Of a DNA stretch of 24,060 nucleotides, positions 1-6,857 are shown piece by piece. Both the position numbers and the translations under genes were made by a program. The stretch comes from an uncultured Desulfohalobiaceae bacterium (lineage in GTDB: Bacteria > Desulfobacterota > Desulfovibrionia > Desulfovibrionales > Desulfothermaceae). The notes under the pieces were generated by a model. That model was not told the origin of the DNA. It saw only the letters and a program-made list of their open reading frames with translations, and did no database searches. The DNA is taken from contig CAYSPQ010000001.1 of the NCBI GenBank assembly GCA_964432965.1, positions 1-24,060 of the forward strand, given 5' to 3'. How positions within the stretch are numbered: the stretch's first letter is position 1; every line of letters begins with the position of its first letter.

Positions 1-1
1 G

Positions 2-130
2 ATTATCCTGGGCTCCGGTCCCGGATTTCTGGGCGGCAATTCTGTGGGCAACACGGTCAAGGGAGTGTTGCGAAAATCCAAGATACCTGTGATGGTTGTT
101 CCGGCACAATCAGTTGATGAGCCACAATAG
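2..130 (+). CDS. C-terminal fragment of a universal stress protein (UspA family); 5' end lies outside the window
   Basis: Frame 2 reads IILGSGPGFLGGNSVGNTVKGVLRKSKIPVMVVPAQSVDEPQ* (TAG 128-130). This matches the USP C-terminal pattern (I-x-x-G-S...G-S/N-x-x-x-V-L...P-V-L/M-V-V-P). Not in the supplied ORF track. Confidence 0.75.
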   Translation: MILGSGPGFLGGNSVGNTVKGVLRKSKIPVMVVPAQSVDEPQ

Positions 131-165
131 AAAGGCATCTGCCGTAGGATAAAGAGGGTGTAAAC

Positions 166-879
166 ATGCAGGTCCACATTGTGCACTACGCCGAGGGTGC
201 CGCCCGAGCTCGCGGCCTCGCAGTGGTTATAGACGTGTTCCGAGCCTTTTCCGCCGCCTGCTATGCCTTCCACCGCGGTGCGAGACGGATAATCGCCACC
301 CACAGTCTGGACATCGCCAGACAGATCAAGAAACAAAACCCGCATTACCTGTTGATGGGTGAGCGCCACGCCCAAAAGCCGTCTGATTTCGACTTCGGAA
401 ACTCACCCTCGGAGCTGGCGGAGGCGGATCTATCCGGTGCGACCCTGGTGCACACCACCCATGCCGGCACCAGAGCCCTACTCGCGGCAAACCAGGCCGA
501 GGAGGCGATCACCGGCAGCTTTGTCAACGCGGCTGCAATTGCCCGTTATATCCGCAACCTCTCTCCTGCTTCCGTCTACTTGGTCTGTTCCGGCTTCGAG
601 GGACAAAAGGAGGCAGCCGAGGACCTGCTGTGCGCCCAATACATACGCGATCTTCTGCTGGAACGGGAGCCGGACTACTCCCGTATCGCAGACAAACTAC
701 AAACCGCCCCTTCCGCTGTGCGCTTTTTCGACCCGGCCGATCCCGCCTCCCCGGAGTCGGATTTTTATCTGTGCCTGCATCTGGACTGTTTCCCCACCGT
801 CCTGCGCCGCACGCACACGAATACAGACTATTGCCTACTGGAGCCGGTCACGCTGAACCCCCCTTCCCCGACCGACTGA
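166..879 (+). CDS. comB: 2-phosphosulfolactate phosphatase (ComB) family protein
   Basis: Motifs VVIDVFRAFS, LMGER, FDFGNSP, TTHAGT, GSFVNA and EDLLCA are typical of ComB. RBS AGAGGG precedes the ATG. Assignment is at family level. Confidence 0.85.
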   Translation: MQVHIVHYAEGAARARGLAVVIDVFRAFSAACYAFHRGARRIIATHSLDIARQIKKQNPHYLLMGERHAQKPSDFDFGNSPSELAEADLSGATLVHTTHAGTRALLAANQAEEAITGSFVNAAAIARYIRNLSPASVYLVCSGFEGQKEAAEDLLCAQYIRDLLLEREPDYSRIADKLQTAPSAVRFFDPADPASPESDFYLCLHLDCFPTVLRRTHTNTDYCLLEPVTLNPPSPTD

Positions 880-890
880 TTTCCCGCTCT

Positions 891-2159
891 TCAGCTGTCA
901 GGCCCCTGCTTGCAGAACAGCACCACCCTGTTCGTGTTCGTGCCGCGGGAGTTGTTCTTTACCCCCCAAATATTGGAGGTCTTAGTAAAGCTCTGCTTGT
1001 TCACCAGGATCCCCGCACAGCTAAATCCGGCCTCCATTCCTAATTGGGCCACATATTCGTCCAGATTGAGCCTTCCCTTCTTCACCTCTCCCACTTCGAA
1101 GGCCACCCAGCCATTCGCTTGTGTTATCCGAAATAGCTCCTCGAACACCGCGCCCATCACCTCGCACCATTTCTTTACGCTTTGGCAGGTGGTCACTTTT
1201 TTTTCCACCTCCTGCTCATCCAGGTTGTTGAACCAGCACCTTAACCAGTTGTCTTTGCTGTACTGAACCACATCCAAAAAAGGGGGAGAGGTTACGGTAA
1301 GCTTGACGCTGTTTGCTGTGATGTTGCCGGTATTTCGGGCATCGCGTTGGCAGAACTGGGAACGTTGCCCCATCCGGGCCAGCCTGGCCCGTGTGTCCTG
1401 CCCCACATCCCGGAGCAGGGACTTGGTCTTCCGCGCTATAAGCTTCTTTGTATTGCGGTAGGGAGGGCTCTGGCCCCTTTTCTTGTTGATCTCTATCTGC
1501 CTTTCCCTGGAAACAGCCTGATTGGGGGGCAGGGTATAGACGGAGAAGAACCCGGGGGAATGCCCGGTAAGCCTGTTTGTCGCCACCATCCGGATCCAGC
1601 TGTCCACGTGATCTTCCTCTTCCCGCTCTCTCCTTTCCCGCAGATAGTTACGCAAGGACACGAGCTCGGCTTCCGTGTCCCGGTGGTAGAACATGGATAG
1701 ATCCAGATCCGCTTCCGCGCTGTAGTCCACGGCTATTTCCGCCAGTCTTTGCTCCACCTCACGCAGGGTGGGCGGGAAGAACCTGGGCTGGGTCAGGATC
1801 CCGCTTATGGGGTTCACGTCGTTGGAGATGACATATCGTCCCTCCATTGCCGCTTCCACAGCAGTTGTGCCCCTGCCGCTGAACGGGTCGTACACCGTGT
1901 CTCCCTCCATGGTGAAGAGATGGAGGAAGAACCGGGGCAGCGGCGGCTTGCAGCAGGCCCTGTCGGAAATCTCCTGCAGGGAGTTGGCTTGCCTTTGCCT
2001 TGAGGTCCAGAATTCATTCACGTAGCGTTTTACTTCGCTGCCGTTCAAGGCAACACTTTCCACCTGTGTGGCAGACTTCTCCATACCAGGAAGGGCCAAT
2101 TTGTCCTCCAGACTGAACCGGGTAATATAATCCCTGGCCTTTTCCGCAGTAGTTATCAT
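891..2159 (-). CDS. Amino-DNA methyltransferase (N4-C/N6-A), alpha-type motif order, probably m4C
   Basis: SAM-binding motif I (VYDPFSGRGTT) is N-terminal, followed by a long putative target-recognition region and motif IV TSPPF. Start placed at ATG 2159 (MITTAEK); the track start at 2195 is also possible. Confidence 0.85.
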   Translation of the reverse strand: MITTAEKARDYITRFSLEDKLALPGMEKSATQVESVALNGSEVKRYVNEFWTSRQRQANSLQEISDRACCKPPLPRFFLHLFTMEGDTVYDPFSGRGTTAVEAAMEGRYVISNDVNPISGILTQPRFFPPTLREVEQRLAEIAVDYSAEADLDLSMFYHRDTEAELVSLRNYLRERREREEEDHVDSWIRMVATNRLTGHSPGFFSVYTLPPNQAVSRERQIEINKKRGQSPPYRNTKKLIARKTKSLLRDVGQDTRARLARMGQRSQFCQRDARNTGNITANSVKLTVTSPPFLDVVQYSKDNWLRCWFNNLDEQEVEKKVTTCQSVKKWCEVMGAVFEELFRITQANGWVAFEVGEVKKGRLNLDEYVAQLGMEAGFSCAGILVNKQSFTKTSNIWGVKNNSRGTNTNRVVLFCKQGPDS

Positions 2160-2268
2160 TGTCCATTTCCTTTTGTTCACAGCATCTTGCCGCACTTTCG
2201 CTTTTGCGCTGCCTTACTCTGCTCGGATGCACAGTGAGCTTTATCCTTTCCGCTTGGGCTCGCGGAGC

Positions 2269-3330
2269 TCAATCTTGTTCCGTCCTGGTCCAATAGGCCT
2301 TTATTCCTCTTCCCCGGCATGCTAACCATCCCTGCTTGCGGTACTTGCTCAGCAGGTTGCGCAGGCTGCTCCGACTCCACTGGGGAAACTGATTGCACAG
2401 CTGGGCAAAAGTGAAATGCGGCAGGGACCGCATCATGTCCTCTGGACGGGAATACTCCGGGAGGTAGCTCTTTGGCCCGGGCTCGGACAGAGCGTAGCTG
2501 CCCTCTCCGCCATCAGCCAAATTGGCCGAGCAATAGCGCAGAAAGGAGGCGCACCAGCGCTGGGCCATCTTGCGGTTCTCCAGAAAAACCAAATGCACCC
2601 CCGGATGTGTGGCATAGAGCTCCATAAGCATCTGTTCCACATTGGAGGCCCTGAGCTCATAGGGACCCAGCTTGTCCGGATTGAGAAAGTAGTGAAAGGG
2701 TGCCTCCACCACCATGGCGGCAACCGGATAGGCGGCAAGCTCGGTAAGATTTAGGTGCAGGACATTGATTCGTTTCAGGCTGAACAGAAAGTCCCGGAAT
2801 CTCTTGCGCTCCACCACGGCCAGGATCCCGCCCCGACCATCCCTGACCGCGTAGTCTCCAACCGGAAGCCTCTCCCTGCGGCTACGGTCGAATCTGTAGG
2901 CGTATCGCTCCTGTGTGTCCACCAGGATCTCCGTCTCATCGCCCCTTTCGGCTCCGATCCGAACGGACACGGGCCGCTGCCGAAAATAATCCGGAGTGCG
3001 CCAGAATATCTGCTCGTATTTTCCCGGCTTGTTCTTGTATGCCTTTTCCGTGAACAGGAACTCGCAACGCTTGCGCACCGACCTTTCCAAAACAACGCTC
3101 AGCAGTCTCCCCCTTTCCTTGATGGACTTGATGGGCACTCTCTCCTTGCCTGCCACTCGATTCCACTGTTGGGTGTGCCTTTCCGGGCGCAGACAGAAAG
3201 TATTCTTGCCCTCAGCCGGCCAGGAATCCTGCACCAGCAGTTGTTGCCGGACAAGCCCCTGCTCGGTTATGGTGAGCAGATAGGGGAACTTTTCCGAGTC
3301 CGTCTGTTCCAGAATCCATTCTCCGCTCAT
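2269..3330 (-). CDS. ERCC4/XPF-family nuclease with an N-terminal beta-rich domain and a C-terminal winged-HTH-like tail
   Basis: ILVDTQER...LPVGDY...AVVERKRFRDF contains the ERCC4 GDY and ERKx3D catalytic motifs. The C-terminus FTFAQLCNQFPQWSRSSLRNLLSKYRKQGWLACRGRGIKAYW has a wHTH pattern. AGGAG lies upstream. Confidence 0.85.
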   Translation of the reverse strand: MSGEWILEQTDSEKFPYLLTITEQGLVRQQLLVQDSWPAEGKNTFCLRPERHTQQWNRVAGKERVPIKSIKERGRLLSVVLERSVRKRCEFLFTEKAYKNKPGKYEQIFWRTPDYFRQRPVSVRIGAERGDETEILVDTQERYAYRFDRSRRERLPVGDYAVRDGRGGILAVVERKRFRDFLFSLKRINVLHLNLTELAAYPVAAMVVEAPFHYFLNPDKLGPYELRASNVEQMLMELYATHPGVHLVFLENRKMAQRWCASFLRYCSANLADGGEGSYALSEPGPKSYLPEYSRPEDMMRSLPHFTFAQLCNQFPQWSRSSLRNLLSKYRKQGWLACRGRGIKAYWTRTEQD

Positions 3331-3537
3331 GAAAGGCCTTGTCTCCTTTTCTTCACTCCTTGGTCAAGACCTGATGCGGTGGGGATTCGTCCCCAAGCCC
3401 CATTAGCGTGGCCCGCAACTGGTCCTGTAAATGGGAAAACAGTCAGAAGGACTTTAACTCTTTGATTTTACTGCCTGGCCCGTGTATTCTCTTCCAATAC
3501 ACCGGGGTGAAACCTTATCTTTGTTTCACTGGGGGCC

Positions 3538-3636
3538 TCTGTCATCTGTCCTCTGCGTCTGCAAAAAGACTTTTTGCAGACGCATCTTGAAATTGACATC
3601 TGCCAGGTTAATCAGTGATTGTCCAAGTTGCAATTC
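3538..3636. repeat. Dispersed palindromic intergenic repeat, copy 1 (REP/MITE-like)
   Basis: 3538-3586 matches 20805-20853 at 46/49 nt. It contains the palindrome TGCGTCTGCAAAAAG-A-CTTTTTGCAGACGCA (3554-3584). A second block, 3614-3636, matches 20879-20901 at 21 of 24 aligned columns. Confidence 0.8.
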
Positions 3637-3717
3637 CGCATTTTCCGAGTAAAACTTGATAGATCCCGTGCAAGTAAAGTATCCGCCAGTTGAACGTCAA
3701 CCCTTTGACCAGAGCCT

Positions 3718-4971
3718 ATGCCCGGTCCCCTGCAAAGCCTTTTCGGCCTCGTCTTCCTGGTCCTTCTGGCCTGGGCCTTTTCCGAAAGCCGCTGGAAAGT
3801 CCCTTGGAGGACCGTGGGCGCCGGACTCCTGCTGCAGGTGGTGCTTGCCCTCTTGCTCCTCAAGCTCCCCGGAACGCAGCATTTCTTTCTCCTTCTGAAC
3901 AATCTGGTGCAGGCCCTGCAGGAGGCCACACAGGAGGGAACCTCCTTCGTTTTCGGCTATTTGGGAGGTGCGGAGCTTCCCTTCCAGGTTAAGGAGGGGG
4001 TGAGCACCAATATCTTTGCCTTCCAGAGCCTGCCCCTGATCCTGGTGGTCAGCGCTCTCGCCTCCCTGCTCTTCTACTGGGGTATACTGTCCCGTATAGT
4101 GCAGGCCGCGTCCCACGTGCTGCAAAGGAGCATGAGGATAGGCGGAGCTGAGGGGGTGGGCACCGCAGCCAACGTATTCCTGGGCATGGTGGAATCCCCC
4201 CTCTTCGTCAAGCCCTATCTGGCCCGCATGCACAGAGGGGAAATATTTTCCCTCATGACAGTAGGCATGGCCACCATCGCGGGCACGGTCATGGTCCTCT
4301 ACGCCAGCATCCTCGCCCCGGTAATGCCCGACGCCATGGGCCACCTGCTTACCACATCCTTGATAAGCGCCCCGGCTGCGGTGGCCATTGCCAGGATACT
4401 CATCCCCACCCCGGAGGACAGGATAACCCGGGGCCGGATACAGAGCCCGGTGCAGGCAAACGGCAGCATGGACGCCATAACCAGGGGCGCCCTGGAGGGG
4501 GCCCAACTGCTGATAAACATAATAGCCCTGCTTATCGTGCTCATAGCCCTTGTTGCCCTGTGCAATCAAATCCTGGGACTTTTGCCGCATGTGACCGGGG
4601 AACCCCTGACTCTGCAGCGCTTGCTGGGCTGGATCATGGCCCCGCTCATGTGGCTTTTGGGTGTCCCTTGGCAGGAGAGCTTTACTGCAGGCACCCTCAT
4701 GGGGACCAAGACAGTCCTGAACGAGATGCTGGCCTATCTGCAGCTTGCCGATCTGCCTCCAGAAGCCTTGTCCGAAAGATCCCGCCTCATAGTGACCTAT
4801 GCCATGTGCGGCTTTGCCAACCCCGGGTCCCTGGGAATCATGCTGGGAGGACTGGGAGGAATCGCCCCAGAGCGCAAGGCGGAGATCGCCGCTTTGGGCT
4901 TGAAGTCCATCTTTGCCGGCACCCTGGCTACCTGCATGACCGGAGCCTGGGTTGGCCTTTTCACCTGGTAG
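3718..4971 (+). CDS. Concentrative nucleoside transporter (CNT, NupC/NupX family)
   Basis: Highly hydrophobic 417-aa protein with CNT signatures LLLAWAFSE, FVFG, FAFQSLP, AANVFLGMVESP, GMATIAGT, GTKTVLNE, YAMCGFAN and GGIAPER. Confidence 0.93.
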   Translation: MPGPLQSLFGLVFLVLLAWAFSESRWKVPWRTVGAGLLLQVVLALLLLKLPGTQHFFLLLNNLVQALQEATQEGTSFVFGYLGGAELPFQVKEGVSTNIFAFQSLPLILVVSALASLLFYWGILSRIVQAASHVLQRSMRIGGAEGVGTAANVFLGMVESPLFVKPYLARMHRGEIFSLMTVGMATIAGTVMVLYASILAPVMPDAMGHLLTTSLISAPAAVAIARILIPTPEDRITRGRIQSPVQANGSMDAITRGALEGAQLLINIIALLIVLIALVALCNQILGLLPHVTGEPLTLQRLLGWIMAPLMWLLGVPWQESFTAGTLMGTKTVLNEMLAYLQLADLPPEALSERSRLIVTYAMCGFANPGSLGIMLGGLGGIAPERKAEIAALGLKSIFAGTLATCMTGAWVGLFTW

Positions 4972-5128
4972 CCAATGTCACTTCCTGTTTCCACTGTGGC
5001 AAAAGAAGTACATATATACCCAATTGTATAGGTATGATTTCCCGATAAAGGCTTGCGGCAGCTGCTCCTCAATGCAGGCTCCTGTTGCTCTTGAAACAAT
5101 ACTTGACAGGGAGCAAGCCTTTGGCTCA

Positions 5129-5137
5129 TGTTAAAAT
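5129..5137 (+). promoter_or_regulatory. Possible extended -10 element (TG-n-TAAAAT) for the cytochrome c gene
   Basis: TGTTAAAAT at 5129-5137 in AT-rich intergenic DNA about 100 nt upstream of the ATG. The TTGACA at 5103-5108 is 23 nt away, too far for a canonical spacer. Confidence 0.3.
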
Positions 5138-5237
5138 CAGATTGGTTGCCCCTGTAGCAGCTAATTGTTCAGGGCATCTCATTCGCCATACAATTAGAGG
5201 GATAACCCCATTATCCGCAAAACCCGGAGCCAGAATC

Positions 5238-5522
5238 ATGCGCTTTGTATTTTTCCTCCTCCTTGCGGTCTTCCTTTCCGTGTTGATTATCTCCGCCTGC
5301 GCGGAGGATATGCCCGAGGGAGAGCGTATCGCCACCGGTCCCTGTGTGCAGTGCCATTCCAATCTCATAACCTGCGAGAATCTGGACGAGGACCTTATCT
5401 ATTGGGAACAGACAGTGCAAAGGATGGTGGATAAGGGAATGGATATCAGCGAGGAGCAGCAAAGAGAAGTCTCTGTGTACTTAAGCGAGTTGGAGCCTGG
5501 AGCGGAGCCCATCTGTGACTGA
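5238..5522 (+). CDS. Small lipoprotein monoheme c-type cytochrome (94 aa)
   Basis: ATG 5238 follows GGAG. A hydrophobic signal peptide ends in the lipobox-like ISA-C21. One CVQCH heme motif and W-x-x-T-V-x-R-M (candidate distal Met) are present. The track start at 5085 is probably too long. Confidence 0.75.
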   Translation: MRFVFFLLLAVFLSVLIISACAEDMPEGERIATGPCVQCHSNLITCENLDEDLIYWEQTVQRMVDKGMDISEEQQREVSVYLSELEPGAEPICD

Positions 5523-5544
5523 AGTTGGCGGAGGACGGTGCTAT

Positions 5545-5567
5545 TCCTTTGCCCGGATGGCAAAGGA
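5545..5567. terminator. Hairpin between convergent genes, probable (bidirectional) terminator
   Basis: TCCTTTGCC-CGGAT-GGCAAAGGA forms a 9-bp stem between the stops of the cytochrome gene (+) and rsmB (-). It has no strong adjacent U-tract. Confidence 0.5.
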
Positions 5568-5570
5568 GCC

Positions 5571-6857
5571 TCATTTCTTTTGCAGGACAGCGGCATAAAA
5601 GAGCTCGTTCAGGCCGGGCTCCGCGGTCAGGAACTGACGCTGCAGCCCTACAGCTCCCTTTGCCTGTTCCAGGAACCTGGCTATACCCTGCTCGTTCTCC
5701 TCCGGATTTAGGGTGCAGGTCACATAAAGCATCCATCCGCCGCGGCACAGGACTTCCAGGCAGCTTAACAGAATCTGCCTCTGTATTTTGGCCAATCTCG
5801 CGGTCTCCTGCGGGGTTCGCTTCCACTTTGCGTCCGGCCTGCGGCTCAAGACCCCCAGACCGGAGCAGGGAGCATCGAGGAGTATGGTGCCTGCTTTGCG
5901 CCTCAAACAGGTGCTTCGGGAGGCGTCATGCGCAAAAACTGGGATGCTGGGCAGCAACAGCCTGGTGAGCTCCCTGCGCAACCCCTTCAGCCTGGATGGG
6001 CTAAGATCGCTTGCCCAGAGCTGGCCTGGCAGGGATTCCGCCAGAGCGGCAGTCTTGCCTCCGCGTCCAGCGCAGGCATCCCAGACCGGCCCGGGCCAGA
6101 GGGAAGGCTCCAGCTGGGATAAAACAAGCTGCGAGGCATAGCTCTGCCTGCTGATCTGGCCTTGCTCTTCCAGTTCTTGCAGGTAAGGGTAGGATTTAGG
6201 CAGGGCGAGCCCCCAATCACTGGGTAAAAGATGTGAAGCCTCTGGAGCCAGGGACTGGTACACTTGGTCCGCCTCGGGCAGGGTGCGGTTTATCCGCACA
6301 CCCACCGGAGGAGGAGCCAGGCTCTTCTGCAAGAGGCTTAGACAGGCCTCGTCGCCATAGCTTTCCCTCCAGAGACTTACCATCCATTTGGGGCAGGAGT
6401 AGTAGCGTCCCAGAAAGGTGTCCCTTTCGGACGTGCCGTGCCAGTAGAAATCCGGCTCGTGCACCTCCCGGCCCTTGCGGATGACCCCCCTTAGAACAGC
6501 ATTGGCCAGACCGCTCAGACCTGGAGCCACCTCCTTCTTCACATTGTCCACGTACCAGTGAACAGTGGCGTATTCCGGCACCTTTTCCAGATAGCACAGC
6601 TCGTAAACCGCCAGGCCCAGACGAAGGACCAGGGAGCGAGGGAGTTTTTTCAGCTTTCCCTTCACCGTGCGGGACAGGATGAAATCCAGGCGCTTTTTCC
6701 AGCGCATGTATCCGTAGCTGATCTTGGTGACCAGCCCCTTGTCCGCCTCGCTCAAGCGCCAGGATACCAAGATCCTATTCAGGGCGTGCTGTAGGTCCTC
6801 TCCCTGCAGGCACCTATCAACCACTGTGATACAGGCTTTCCTGGCGTTTGCGCTCAA
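5571..6857 (-). CDS. rsmB: 16S rRNA m5C methyltransferase RsmB/Sun (NusB-like N-terminal domain)
   Basis: NusB-like N-terminus (LRLGLAVYEL, YATVH, GLANAVLR), WDACAGRGGKT, DAPCSGLG (motif IV Cys) and TCTLNPEEN (motif VI Cys). The TTG start overlaps the upstream TGA. Confidence 0.92.
   Translation of the reverse strand: MSANARKACITVVDRCLQGEDLQHALNRILVSWRLSEADKGLVTKISYGYMRWKKRLDFILSRTVKGKLKKLPRSLVLRLGLAVYELCYLEKVPEYATVHWYVDNVKKEVAPGLSGLANAVLRGVIRKGREVHEPDFYWHGTSERDTFLGRYYSCPKWMVSLWRESYGDEACLSLLQKSLAPPPVGVRINRTLPEADQVYQSLAPEASHLLPSDWGLALPKSYPYLQELEEQGQISRQSYASQLVLSQLEPSLWPGPVWDACAGRGGKTAALAESLPGQLWASDLSPSRLKGLRRELTRLLLPSIPVFAHDASRSTCLRRKAGTILLDAPCSGLGVLSRRPDAKWKRTPQETARLAKIQRQILLSCLEVLCRGGWMLYVTCTLNPEENEQGIARFLEQAKGAVGLQRQFLTAEPGLNELFYAAVLQKK

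Noticed and set aside
1908-1964. Diversity-generating retroelement variable region in the MTase
   Set aside because: No reverse transcriptase or template repeat is present, and the inferred changes are not adenine-specific on one strand.
3405-3452. CCCGCAACTG...AGTCAGAAG resembling parts of a cobalamin riboswitch
   Set aside because: The upstream GGGAA-x-GGTG-AA-TCC core and the B12 box are missing, and CTGTAA is interrupted.
3507-3529. parS half-sites GTGAAAC / GTTTCAC
   Set aside because: The halves are in swapped order with a 9-nt gap, so this is not a parS. It is better explained as a stem-loop.
3697-4590. Long antisense or alternate-frame ORFs (for example 3697-4590, 2755-3465, 10983-11795, 10064-10687)
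   Set aside because: They lie opposite well-supported genes in GC-rich DNA and show no recognisable motifs; treated as shadow ORFs.
5015-5030. TATAC-N6-GTATA palindrome downstream of the CNT gene
   Set aside because: Five-bp arms in AT-rich DNA are expected by chance, and no second copy was seen.
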